From Longivirga aurantiaca (GTDB lineage Bacteria; Actinomycetota; Actinomycetes; S36-B12; CAIYMF01): 32,000 nucleotides of DNA. The notes under the pieces are model-generated. The model did not search any database. It was not told where the DNA came from and saw only the letters and a program-made list of their open reading frames with translations. Shown here one piece after another: positions 1-9,116 of this stretch; position 1 is the first letter of the stretch, and the number at the start of each line of letters is the position of its first letter. The position numbers and the translations under genes were made by a program. The stretch spans positions 120,001 through 152,000 of the forward strand of contig NZ_JBHSTI010000002.1 of NCBI RefSeq assembly GCF_042660085.1, given 5' to 3'.

Positions 1-2
1 GC

Positions 3-611
3 CTGAGGCTCATCCTCGACGGCTCCGCGGTGGAGGTCGTGGGCGAGGCGGGCGACGGGCTGGACGCGCTCGAGCTCGCCCGGCGCTGCCGGCCGCGCGT
101 GCTGCTGGCCGACCTCCGCATGCCTCGGATGGACGGGATCGAGCTGACGCGCCGCATCCGGCACGACCCGGAGCTCGACGACGTGCGCGTCGTCGTCCTG
201 ACGACCTTCGCCGAGGACGACTACCTGGTCCGTGCCACTCAGGCGGGAGCCGACGGCTACCTGCTCAAGTCGATGCCGCCGGAGGACATCGTGGCAGGGG
301 TGGCTGCGGCGGCACGCGGTCAGACGGTCCTCGCGCCCGCGCTCGTGCAGCGACTCCTCGCGGAGCACGTCCATGGCAGGGTGACGGCGTCACCGGCGAT
401 GGAGCGGCTCACGGCGCGGGAGATCGACGTCCTGCGCCTCATCGCGGTGGGCAGGTCCAACCTCGAGATCGCCCACACCTTGTTCGTCGGTGAGGGGACC
501 GTGAAGACCCACGTCGCGTCCATCCTGCGCAAGCTCTCGGTCAGGGACCGCGTCCAGGCCGCCATCGCCGCCTACGAGCAGGGCCTGGTGAGGCCGGGTG
601 AACAGGGCTGA
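3..611 (+). CDS. LuxR/NarL-family DNA-binding response regulator, 5'-truncated by the window edge
   Basis: Open frame runs from base 3 (LRLILDGSA-VEVVGEAGDG). Receiver motif VLLADLRMPRMDG, K-containing DGYLLKSMP, C-terminal LTAREIDVLRLIAVGRSNLEIAHTLFVGEGTVKTHVASILRKL helix-turn-helix. The listed GTG at 30 is probably internal. Confidence 0.93.
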   Translation: MRLILDGSAVEVVGEAGDGLDALELARRCRPRVLLADLRMPRMDGIELTRRIRHDPELDDVRVVVLTTFAEDDYLVRATQAGADGYLLKSMPPEDIVAGVAAAARGQTVLAPALVQRLLAEHVHGRVTASPAMERLTAREIDVLRLIAVGRSNLEIAHTLFVGEGTVKTHVASILRKLSVRDRVQAAIAAYEQGLVRPGEQG

Positions 612-623
612 GGCACCACCGAG

Positions 624-685
624 CGCCTCACGCACCGAAGTCCCAGAAAACCGTTGCGGTTTGTGGCACTTCGGTGCGTGAGGCG
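624..685. terminator. Large inverted repeat between convergent genes (18-bp perfect outer arms plus inner paired segments); putative bidirectional terminator or REP-like element
   Basis: CGCCTCACGCACCGAAGT (624-641) pairs with ACTTCGGTGCGTGAGGCG (668-685). Inner CCA/TGG and AAACCG-ttg-CGGTTT also pair. Confidence 0.7.
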
Positions 686-689
686 TGGG

Positions 690-1436
690 TCAGTGCACCT
701 CGTGCCCGCCGGACACGTTGACCGCCTGGCCCGTCACGAACGACGAGCGCTCGTCGACGAGGTGGGCGACCGCGTGGGCGACGTCGTCCGGCGTGCAGGC
801 CCGCCCGAGCGGGATCTCGGCCACGAACCGGTCGCGCCAGCCCGCGGTGTCGACCTCGGCGTATGCGTGCGCGAAGTCCTCGGCCAGGCTCTCCATCATC
901 GCGGTGTCGCAGATGACCGGGCAGACGCAGTTGACCGTGACCCCGGTGCCCACGAGCTCGAGCGCGAGCGACTGCGCGAACCCGATGACGCCGAACTTGG
1001 ACGCGCAGTAGTGGGCGATCCCGGGCTCGCCCGTCTTGCCGGCGTCCGACGAGATGCACACGACGCGGCCGCGCGGCGAGCGGCGCAGCAGCGGCAGGCA
1101 GGCCTGCACCGCGAGGAAGGTGCCGGTGAGGTTCACGGTGAGCACGCGGTCCCACTGCGCGCGGCTCATCGTCTCGACAGGCGCGACGTCGATGACGCCC
1201 GCGCAGGTGATGACGGCGTCGAGCCTGCCGAGCTCGGTCTCGACGGTGCTCGCGAGCGCGGCCACCGACGCCTCGTCGGTGACGTCGCACGCCACCCACC
1301 GGTCCGGCCCGGGCACCGCGTCGGCGCGGTCGCTGCCCACGACGAGCCAGCCGTCGTGCTGCAGCCGGGCGGTGATGGCGCGGCCGATGCCTCCGGCGGC
1401 GCCGGTCACCACGGCCACGGGCGGCGAGGTGCTCAT
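690..1436 (-). CDS. SDR family NAD(P)-dependent oxidoreductase
   Basis: MSTSPPVAVVTGAAGGIGRAI (TGxxxGIG), NxxG region, YCASK active site, C-terminal SFVTGQAVNVSGG. CAT start codon at 1434-1436. Confidence 0.92.
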   Translation of the reverse strand: MSTSPPVAVVTGAAGGIGRAITARLQHDGWLVVGSDRADAVPGPDRWVACDVTDEASVAALASTVETELGRLDAVITCAGVIDVAPVETMSRAQWDRVLTVNLTGTFLAVQACLPLLRRSPRGRVVCISSDAGKTGEPGIAHYCASKFGVIGFAQSLALELVGTGVTVNCVCPVICDTAMMESLAEDFAHAYAEVDTAGWRDRFVAEIPLGRACTPDDVAHAVAHLVDERSSFVTGQAVNVSGGHEVH

Positions 1437-2908
1437 CGGACCTCGACCGAGCGGAACCGCGCGAGCTTGGTGCGCAGGATGTACGAGCTCGCCGAGAACG
1501 GCCACTGCGACACCACCCTGCCGGTGCCGGCCTTGAAGTAGCTGGTCGTCTCCGCCCACACCGTCCGGCGCAGCTGGGCCTGGACCCAGTCGTTGAACTT
1601 CCGGAACGCCTCCGGGTTCACCGTGATGAGCGACCGGGAGGGGTCCTTCAGCTTCGCGATCAGCGAGGCGGCGAAGTCCGCCTGGGCCTCGTAGAACGAC
1701 ACGAGGGGCACGGCGTTGGTGTTGGGGCCGTACATCATGAAGAAGTTCGGGAAGCCGGGGACCATCATGCCGAGCAGGGCCTCGGGCTCGCCGTCCCACA
1801 CCTTCTGCAGGTCCGCGCCGCCCTCACCCGTGACCTGGTAGCTGCTGAGGTAGTTCGCGGCATCGAACCCCGTGGCGAAGATGACGATGTCGACGGGGTG
1901 CTCGGTGCCGGAGGCGTCGACGACCCCGGTGCGCGTGAGCGACGTCACCGCGCGGGGCACGAGGTGCACGTGGTCCTGCTTCAGCGTGGGGTAGTACGTG
2001 TCGCTGATGACCGTGCGACGTCCCTCGAACGGGAACTCGGGCGTGCAGGCCTCGACCAGGTCGGGCCGGTCGCCGAGCGACTGGCGCAGGTACTCGAGCG
2101 AACGCACGCGGCGCTCACGGTGGGCCTTGCCGTCGGTCCGGGCGTGCTGCGACCGTGCCTGCCGCAGGTCGTATTCGGCATACAGCTTGAACCGCTTCCA
2201 CCGGTAGACGAGCGGGTTCCTGCTCGCCTCGCGCTCCTCGGGGGTGAACGCCCGGCTGTTCTTGGGCAGCAGCCAGTTGGGCTCGATCTGGAAGATCGTG
2301 ACGTCGCTCGCCACGGCGGCGGCCTCGACGATGATCTGGACCGCGGACGAGCCGGTGCCGAGCACCGCCACCCGCTTGCCCGTCATGTCCAGGCCCTCCG
2401 GCCACGTCGACGTGTGGCACATGACGCCCTCGAACTCCGTCTCGCCGCGCGCGAACGGCGGGATGAGCGGGACGTTGAGGAAACCGACGGCGCTGATGAC
2501 TGCGCTGAAGGTGCCGAAGTCCTCCCCGGAGGCCGTCGTGAGCGACCAGGTGCGGGTGTCGTCCGACCACGTGACCGACTCGACCTTCTCCTCGAACCGC
2601 ATGTGCTCGAGGAGGCCCCACTTGGTGGCCACGCGGCGGAGGTAGTCGAGCAGCTCGTGCCACTCGACATGGGTGCGGGTCCAGTCCGAGTGCTCGAACG
2701 AGAACGAGTAGATGTGCGACTCGAGGTCGACCTCGGCCCCGGGATAGCGGTTGGCCCACCACGTGCCGCCGACGTCCGGGTACTTGTCGAAGATGACGAA
2801 GTCCTCGATGCCCTTGCGGCGGAGCTCGACACCCGCGGCGATGCCGCTGAAGCCGGCACCGATGACGGCGACCCGCGGGCGGCCGGGCGTGGGGAGCGGT
2901 GGTGTCAC
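1433..2908 (-). CDS. Flavin-containing monooxygenase, Baeyer-Villiger type
   Basis: GAGFSGIAAG dinucleotide motif, GGTWWANRYPG, BVMO fingerprint FEGVMCHTSTWP (FxGxxxHxxxWP), second GxGxSA motif GTGSSAVQI. The GTG start (2906-2908) is preceded by GGGAGGA; the listed 3001 start is an upstream TTG. Confidence 0.9.
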   Translation of the reverse strand: MTPPLPTPGRPRVAVIGAGFSGIAAGVELRRKGIEDFVIFDKYPDVGGTWWANRYPGAEVDLESHIYSFSFEHSDWTRTHVEWHELLDYLRRVATKWGLLEHMRFEEKVESVTWSDDTRTWSLTTASGEDFGTFSAVISAVGFLNVPLIPPFARGETEFEGVMCHTSTWPEGLDMTGKRVAVLGTGSSAVQIIVEAAAVASDVTIFQIEPNWLLPKNSRAFTPEEREASRNPLVYRWKRFKLYAEYDLRQARSQHARTDGKAHRERRVRSLEYLRQSLGDRPDLVEACTPEFPFEGRRTVISDTYYPTLKQDHVHLVPRAVTSLTRTGVVDASGTEHPVDIVIFATGFDAANYLSSYQVTGEGGADLQKVWDGEPEALLGMMVPGFPNFFMMYGPNTNAVPLVSFYEAQADFAASLIAKLKDPSRSLITVNPEAFRKFNDWVQAQLRRTVWAETTSYFKAGTGRVVSQWPFSASSYILRTKLARFRSVEVR

Positions 2909-3059
2909 GAGGATCCTCCCGGGCCTCACGTCCGTGCATGCGTCGCTCGCCGACGGTGGGTGCGGGCCCAGGGCGAGGGTAAGGCCCACAATGTAGACCA
3001 AAGTGCCGGGCTGTCAACCCTTTCCCAGATCGGAACGGACGCAACGCCATCGACCCGCC

Positions 3060-3079
3060 TGCGCAACCTGTGCGCAACC
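3060..3079. promoter_or_regulatory. Direct repeat TGCGCAACC x2 (11-bp period) in the divergent intergenic region; candidate operator
   Basis: TGCGCAACC at 3060-3068 and 3071-3079, between the BVMO gene (minus) and the SDR operon (plus). Confidence 0.35.
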
Positions 3080-3179
3080 CGCAGGAAGCCCCTGACCGCG
3101 GGTAATGGTCCATTCTCTTGCTGTTTTGTTCGACGCAGGATAGGAAAGCCTTCTCACATCCCGACGCCGAGGAGCGTGC

Positions 3180-3902
3180 ATGTCTACGGTCGTGGTCACG
3201 GGCGGCGCCGGCGGGATCGGCATGGCGATCTGCCGCCGTGTGGTGGAGGCAGGTCACCTCGCGGTGGCGGCCGACGTCGCGGTCGCGATCGAGGCTCACG
3301 GCGGTGCTGACGAGCCCGGCGTGAGCTTCGTCGAGATGGACGTGACCGACCGCGCGAGCATCGAGCGGGCCGTCGCCTCGATCGTCGCCGAGGGGCACAC
3401 CGTCACCGGGCTGGTGAACTGCGCCGGGGTCCTGCGCGACACGTTCCTCGGGTCGCTGTCGGACGACGACATGCGCTTCATGTTCGAGGTCAACGTGGCC
3501 GGCATGGCACGCGTGACCGACGTCGTCGCCCCGCACCTCGTGGACGGCGGCGCCATCGTCAACATCGGGAGCCTCACCGGCCAGATGGGCCGGTTCGTGG
3601 GCGCCTCGGTGTACGGCGCGACGAAGGCGGGCGTGGCCGGCTACACGCGCTACCTCGCGATGGAGCTCGCACCGCGCGGGATCCGCGTGAACAACGTCGC
3701 CCCCGGGGTCATCGACCTCCCCATGAGCCGGTCGATGGACGCGATCTCGGGCGGGCCGGTGGAGTCGGCGAAGCACGTCCCGCTCGGCCGACTCGGCACG
3801 GCCGAGGAGGTCGCCGAGGTCGTCGAGTTCCTCCTCTCGTCCCGGGCGTCGTACGTCACGGCCCAGACGCTGCTCGTGGACGGCGGGTTCATCGCATGGT
3901 GA
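3180..3902 (+). CDS. SDR family oxidoreductase
   Basis: VVTGGAGGIGMAICRRVVEAG, NCAGVLRD, YGATK, SYVTAQTLLVDGGF; GGAG ribosome-binding site upstream. Confidence 0.92.
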   Translation: MSTVVVTGGAGGIGMAICRRVVEAGHLAVAADVAVAIEAHGGADEPGVSFVEMDVTDRASIERAVASIVAEGHTVTGLVNCAGVLRDTFLGSLSDDDMRFMFEVNVAGMARVTDVVAPHLVDGGAIVNIGSLTGQMGRFVGASVYGATKAGVAGYTRYLAMELAPRGIRVNNVAPGVIDLPMSRSMDAISGGPVESAKHVPLGRLGTAEEVAEVVEFLLSSRASYVTAQTLLVDGGFIAW

Positions 3903-5155
3903 CCCACGCGGACATCGACGCGGCCAATGCGCGCGCGCTCGAGCTGCTCGGCGCCGCGGACCCCGTGGTCGTCGACGTACGCACCGCCGGGGAGGTGCTG
4001 CCGGGCTACCGGCCCAACCTGATCCTCACCTCCGGCGCGCCCATGCCGTGGTCGGAGTACGTCGGCGGGCAGCGGGACGCCCTCATCGGGGCGGCGCAGT
4101 TCGAGGGCCTGGCCGCGAGCCGCGAGGAGGCCATCGAGGGGTTCGAGTCCGGCGACATCGAGGTCGGCTCGTGCCACGACCACGGCGCCGTCGGGTCGTT
4201 GGCCGGCGTCTACTCCGCGTCGATGCCCGTGTTCGTGGTGGAGAACCGGGCGACCGGGGCGCACGGCTACTGCAACTTCTACGAGGGCAAGGAGCCTCGC
4301 CGGCTCAACTACGGCTGCTACGACGAGGGCGTCCACGAGCGGCTGCTGCACGTCAACCGGGTGCTCGCCCCCGTGGTCGGCGAGGCGATCCGCCGCACCG
4401 GCGGCGTGGCGCTGAAGCCGCTGATCTCGCGCGCGCTGCGCATGGGCGACGAGGTGCACAGCCGCAACGCGGCGGCGTCGATGCTGTTCAGCCGCGAGCT
4501 CCTGCCCGCGTTCCTCGACCAGGTCGCGACCGACCGGGACGGTGTCACGGAGACGGCGACGCACCTGGCCGAGAACGACTACTTCTTCCTTCGCCTGTCG
4601 ATGGCCGCGGCCAAGGCCACCGCCGACTCGATCATCGGGCTCGAGAACTCGACCGTGGTCAGCGCCATGGCCTTCAGCTGCCAGGGGTTCGCCATCCGCG
4701 TGGCCGGCACCGGCACACAGTGGTTCACCGGACCGCCGCCGGTCCACGAGGGCCGGCTCTTCGCCGGCCACACCGAGGACGAGATCACGTGGATGGGCGG
4801 GGAGAGCCCCATCACCGAGACGATCGGCCTCGGCGGGTTCGCCCAGGCCTGCGCACTGTCGCTGCAGGAGTACCAAGGAGGGTCGCCCGAGGTCATGATC
4901 GAGCGCAACAAGGAGATGTACGGCATCACGGTCGGGGAGAACCCCGACTACCGCATCCCGCTCTTCGCGTTCCGCGGCACGCCCACGGGCATCGACGTCC
5001 GCAAGGTGCTCGCGACCTCGGTGCTGCCGGTGATGGACGTGGGCCTCGCGGGGCGCGACGGCGGCCAGATCGGCGCCGGGGTGATCCGGGCCCCGCGCGA
5101 GTGCTTCGAGTCAGCTGCGTCCGGGTTCGAGGCGCAGTACGGGATCGCGCTGTGA
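3896..5155 (+). CDS. DUF1116 family protein (YlbE/AllG-like, oxamate carbamoyltransferase subunit family)
   Basis: Family-typical segments recognised: DIEVGSCHDHGAVGSLAGVYSASMPVFVVENR, RLNYGCYDEGVHERL, GDEVHSRNAAAS. Overlaps the preceding CDS. Confidence 0.82.
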   Translation: MVTHADIDAANARALELLGAADPVVVDVRTAGEVLPGYRPNLILTSGAPMPWSEYVGGQRDALIGAAQFEGLAASREEAIEGFESGDIEVGSCHDHGAVGSLAGVYSASMPVFVVENRATGAHGYCNFYEGKEPRRLNYGCYDEGVHERLLHVNRVLAPVVGEAIRRTGGVALKPLISRALRMGDEVHSRNAAASMLFSRELLPAFLDQVATDRDGVTETATHLAENDYFFLRLSMAAAKATADSIIGLENSTVVSAMAFSCQGFAIRVAGTGTQWFTGPPPVHEGRLFAGHTEDEITWMGGESPITETIGLGGFAQACALSLQEYQGGSPEVMIERNKEMYGITVGENPDYRIPLFAFRGTPTGIDVRKVLATSVLPVMDVGLAGRDGGQIGAGVIRAPRECFESAASGFEAQYGIAL

Positions 5156-5910
5156 CCCGCGACCTCGAGGGCCTCCGCGCCCTCGTCACGGGCGGCACCC
5201 GCGGCATCGGCCGGGGCATCGTCGACACCCTCGTCGCGCGCGGCGCGACGGTGGTGGCCTCGGGCCGTGACACGGAGGCGGGCGAGGCTCTCGCTGCGGC
5301 CGTGCCCGAGGTCAGCTTCCTCCCGGCCGACCTGCGCGACACGGCGTCGGTCGCCGGGCTCGTCGACGGTGCCGTGCGCGCGCTCGGCGGCCTTGACATC
5401 CTCTGCCACTGCGCGGGCATCTACCCCGAGCACCCGATCGGCTCGATGCTCGACGGCGACTGGCACGACGTCATCGACACCAACCTGACCAGCGCCATGG
5501 CGCTGGTGCGCGCCGCGCTCCCCGCCCTGCAGGCCTCCGGCTCGGCGCGGGTCGTGCTGGTCAGCTCGATCTCCGGACCGCGCACGGGCATCAGCGGTCT
5601 GACCCACTACTGCGCGTCCAAGTCCGGCCTCGAGGGGTTCGCGCGCGCGGCCGCCGTGGAGCTCGCGGGCTCCGGGATCACCGTCAACTGCGTGGCACCC
5701 GGGACGATCCTCACCGAGGGGCTCGCCGCCCTCTACTCCGAGCCCGGCGTCATGGACGACGTCATCGGCCGCATCCCCGCAGGCCGCATCGGCGCACCGT
5801 CGGACATCGGCAACGCCGTGGCGTTCCTCGCCTCACCGGCGTCGTCCTTCGTGACGGGCCAGTCGATCACGGTCGACGGCGGGCAGACCCTGCCCGAGGT
5901 GCAGGGCTAG
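5152..5910 (+). CDS. SDR family oxidoreductase
   Basis: GTG start at 5152 overlaps the upstream stop (GTGA). ALVTGGTRGIGRGI, CHCAGIYP, YCASK, SFVTGQSITVDGGQ. Confidence 0.92.
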   Translation: MTRDLEGLRALVTGGTRGIGRGIVDTLVARGATVVASGRDTEAGEALAAAVPEVSFLPADLRDTASVAGLVDGAVRALGGLDILCHCAGIYPEHPIGSMLDGDWHDVIDTNLTSAMALVRAALPALQASGSARVVLVSSISGPRTGISGLTHYCASKSGLEGFARAAAVELAGSGITVNCVAPGTILTEGLAALYSEPGVMDDVIGRIPAGRIGAPSDIGNAVAFLASPASSFVTGQSITVDGGQTLPEVQG

Positions 5911-5912
5911 AC

Positions 5913-6692
5913 GTGGCGGGCACCTCGCGCATCGAGCTGGAGCTCTCCGGGGCGACCGCGCTCGTCACCGGCGCCGCCTCGGGGATCGGGCTCGCGACCA
6001 CGCGCATGCTCGGCGCCGCGGGCGTCCGGGTGCTCGCCGTCGACGTCGCCGCAGGGCTCGAGGACTCGGTGCGCGACCTCGTGACCGCCGGCTGCGACGT
6101 CGTCGCCGTGCGCCACGACATCACCGACGAGGAGGGTCTCGTCGCCGCGCTGGAGGCGGCGGGCGCGGACGGCCTCGCCTACGTCGCCAACTGCGCCGGG
6201 ATCCATCAGCAGCGCTCGTTCGACGACATCACGCTCGACGAGTGGCGCCGCATGCTCGAGGTGAACCTGCTCGGCGCGTTCGCCGTCACGAGGGCCGCGG
6301 CACGCTGGCTGAGGGCCAGCGGCGGCGGCGCCGTCGTCAACGTCACCTCGACCGAGGCCGAGCGCGTCATCGCGCTCGTGAACCCGGACGCCGTGCCGCA
6401 CTACGCGGCGTCCAAGGCGGCCCTCGCGATGCTGACCCGGAGCGAGGCGCACGCGCTCGCCGCCTACGGCATCCGCGTGAACGCCGTCGCACCCGGCTTC
6501 GTCGCGACGCCGATGACCCGGGGCAACCACGACGCATCCGATCTCCCCGAGCCCGCGCGGGCGCGAGCGCTCATCCAGCGCTACGCCGAGCCCCAGGAGA
6601 TCGCCGTAGCGGTCTGCTTCCTGCTCTCGGACGGGGCCGGCTTCATCACCGGCACGACGCTGCACGTGGACGGCGGCTACCTGGTCACGTGA
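5913..6692 (+). CDS. SDR family oxidoreductase
   Basis: ALVTGAASGIGLATTRM, NCAGIHQQ, YAASK, GFITGTTLHVDGGYLVT; GTG start. Confidence 0.92.
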   Translation: MAGTSRIELELSGATALVTGAASGIGLATTRMLGAAGVRVLAVDVAAGLEDSVRDLVTAGCDVVAVRHDITDEEGLVAALEAAGADGLAYVANCAGIHQQRSFDDITLDEWRRMLEVNLLGAFAVTRAAARWLRASGGGAVVNVTSTEAERVIALVNPDAVPHYAASKAALAMLTRSEAHALAAYGIRVNAVAPGFVATPMTRGNHDASDLPEPARARALIQRYAEPQEIAVAVCFLLSDGAGFITGTTLHVDGGYLVT

Positions 6693-6756
6693 CCGGCGAT
6701 GTGGCTCGATCTCGCGCTGCCCTGACGGGCGGCACCCCTGAGCGGTAGGAAGAGGC

Positions 6757-7803
6757 ATGGCGGACACCACGCGGTTCGAGGCGTTCCTCGGACGTGACGC
6801 GCGCGCGGGCTCCTGGGAGGAGCTCTCCCGCGGCACGTACCGCGTGATCCTCGAGGCCCTCGACTCCGGTGAGTGGCACGTGGCCGAGGAGCTGCTGCCC
6901 GTGACGATCCTCGAGGCCGAGGAGCTGCACGGCATCTACGGCGTCTGGCCGGGCCAGATCGCGCAGTTCCTCCTGGCCGAGGGCGCCGGGACGGACGAGG
7001 TGGACGCCGGGAGGCGGCGCCTCTGGACCGCGATCGGCGACGGCACCGAGCCCGACTGGGAAGGGGCCTGGCAGCGGTACCTCGAGCACACCGCCACGGC
7101 AGCATCGCTGGCCGCGGTCCGCGACGAGGGCACTCGCGAGGCGGTGCTGCGCGCGCACGAGACCTGGCGGGCGGCGCACGACCAGGCCGTCGACCACGTC
7201 TACGGCCTGGTCGACCTCTGCTTCCGGCTGCTGGGCGAGGGCTCGGTGCCGCGGGTCTGGGACCACCTCATGTCGCCCTGGTACGACGACCACGCCACGA
7301 GGCTGTCCACGGCGAACCAGCCGTGGTCGGAGTCGGCGCGGCAGCTGAAGCTCGCGATCGTGGACGGGTTCCACGCGCACCTGTCGGGCACCGACCGCCT
7401 CGGCGACGTCGAGCTGATCACCGAGCCGGGCCGCACCGGCTTCCGGTTCGCCCCCTGCGGATCCGGCGGGCGCGTGCTGCGCGACGACACCACCGGCGGC
7501 CGGCCGCGGGTCGAGGAGCCGTTCGCGTTCTCCGTGACGACCGAGCCGCACGACTGGTCGTTCGGAGAGGCCGGCGTCTGCACCTACTGCGTGCACTGCT
7601 GCCTGCTCAACATGACGATGCCGATGGACCGGCTCGGCTACCCGACCCGGGTCATCGAGCCGCCGACGTGGCCGGACGCCCGGGAGGGCGGCACCTGCAC
7701 CTGGTGGGTGTACGACGACCCGTCGCTGGTGCCCGATTCGGTGTACGAGCGGGTCGGGCGCACACCTGACCGGCGACCCCGTCCCCAGGAGGAGCAGCAG
7801 TGA
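6757..7803 (+). CDS. Uncharacterised protein with Cys-rich C-terminal motif (CTYCVHCC...CTWWVY)
   Basis: 348-aa ORF between operon genes, purine-rich sequence upstream of ATG, stop overlaps the next start. No family confidently recognised by eye. Confidence 0.85.
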   Translation: MADTTRFEAFLGRDARAGSWEELSRGTYRVILEALDSGEWHVAEELLPVTILEAEELHGIYGVWPGQIAQFLLAEGAGTDEVDAGRRRLWTAIGDGTEPDWEGAWQRYLEHTATAASLAAVRDEGTREAVLRAHETWRAAHDQAVDHVYGLVDLCFRLLGEGSVPRVWDHLMSPWYDDHATRLSTANQPWSESARQLKLAIVDGFHAHLSGTDRLGDVELITEPGRTGFRFAPCGSGGRVLRDDTTGGRPRVEEPFAFSVTTEPHDWSFGEAGVCTYCVHCCLLNMTMPMDRLGYPTRVIEPPTWPDAREGGTCTWWVYDDPSLVPDSVYERVGRTPDRRPRPQEEQQ

Positions 7804-9116
7804 GCCCCGTCCCCCTCACCCAGCTCGAGGTGCCGGACTACGACCTCGGCCTGCGCGGGAAGCTCGTGCGCAGCGAGAAGCTGACCCGTTCCGGCAAGGC
7901 GGCGTTCTGCACGATCATCTACGGGCTCGACCCCGCGGACGGCGTCGCCGACACGCCTCTGTCGTCGGCGGCGAACGGCTACCCCGACGCGTTCGCCGTG
8001 CCGGACGAGTCGACCCGCGTCCAGCTGCCGTGGCGCCGCGCGACCGAGGCCGTGATCGCGGACATGGTCGACGACGACGGCGCACTGCTCGAGGAGTCGC
8101 CGCGCACGGTGCTCGCTCGGGTCGTGGCCGGCTTCGCCGAGCTCGGCCTCGTGCCCGTGCTCGGCTTCGAGTACGAGTGCTACGTGCTGCACGCGGACGA
8201 CGACGTCCTGCGTCGCGGCGACTACGCCTCGCTGCGCGCGCTGGGCCGGGTCGACAACGCGTACAGCATCGGGCGGCACACCGAGAGCGCCGACCTGCTC
8301 GGCGAGTTCATCGACCGGATGGACTCGATCGGCATCCCGGTGGAGGCCGCGCACTCCGAGCTGGGCCCGGGCTTCTTCGAGTTCGCGATGTCGCCGATGG
8401 ATGCCATGCGGGCCGCCGACAGCGCCGTCCGCGCACGCCAGTACTTCCGCGACCTGTGCGCCGAGCGAGGGCTGGTCGCGACCTTCATGGCCAAGCTGCG
8501 GATCGAGGCGTCGGGCTCCGGCGGCCACGTGCACCAGAGCGTGACGCGCGACGGCGTCAACCAGTTCTCCGACGGCGCGAACGGCCTGTCGGACACCGGC
8601 CGCGCCTACCTCGGCGGGCTCGTGCGCAGCATGGGCGACTACACGGTGCTGCTCAACCCGCTCCTCAACTCCTACAAGCGCATCAGCGCCGGCTTCTTCG
8701 TCGCCGAGAGGGCGACGTGGGGCTGGGACAACCGCAACGCCGCCTGCCGCGTGGTGCACAACGCGGGGTCGGCCGCGACGCGGGTGGAGCACCGGCGTCC
8801 AGGCGCCGACGCCAACCCGTACCTCGTGGCCGCCGCGCTGCTCGCGGGCGGGCTCGAGGGGCTGCGCGACGGCCTCGACCCGGGCGACCCGCTCGAGGTC
8901 GGGTCGGACATCGCGACGGCAGGGGACGCGCTGCCCTCGACCCTGCCGACGGCCATCGCGGCGTTCCGGGGCTCGAGCCGGGCCCGCTCGATGCTCGGCG
9001 ACCGGTTCGTCGACTGCTACGCCGCCACCCGGGACGCCGAGGTGGCCGCGTTCGAGACCTGGTGGAACACCTCCATCACCGACTGGGAACTTCGCCGCTA
9101 CGTGGAGCACCTGTGA
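7800..9116 (+). CDS. Glutamine synthetase-like gamma-glutamyl ligase (amine/polyamine-type)
   Basis: GFEYECYVL, GSGGHVHQSV, NPLLNSYKRI, WGWDNRNAACRVV, TRVEHRRPGADANPYLVAAALLAGG: GS catalytic-domain signatures. Confidence 0.88.
   Translation: MSPVPLTQLEVPDYDLGLRGKLVRSEKLTRSGKAAFCTIIYGLDPADGVADTPLSSAANGYPDAFAVPDESTRVQLPWRRATEAVIADMVDDDGALLEESPRTVLARVVAGFAELGLVPVLGFEYECYVLHADDDVLRRGDYASLRALGRVDNAYSIGRHTESADLLGEFIDRMDSIGIPVEAAHSELGPGFFEFAMSPMDAMRAADSAVRARQYFRDLCAERGLVATFMAKLRIEASGSGGHVHQSVTRDGVNQFSDGANGLSDTGRAYLGGLVRSMGDYTVLLNPLLNSYKRISAGFFVAERATWGWDNRNAACRVVHNAGSAATRVEHRRPGADANPYLVAAALLAGGLEGLRDGLDPGDPLEVGSDIATAGDALPSTLPTAIAAFRGSSRARSMLGDRFVDCYAATRDAEVAAFETWWNTSITDWELRRYVEHL

Noticed and set aside
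1898-3310. 470-aa plus-strand ORF antisense to the BVMO gene
   Set aside because: The BVMO fingerprint on the minus strand is decisive, and the plus ORF crosses the intergenic region.
3650-4876. 408-aa minus-strand ORF overlapping the SDR and DUF1116 genes
   Set aside because: Antisense shadow of two well-supported CDSs; no recognisable motifs.
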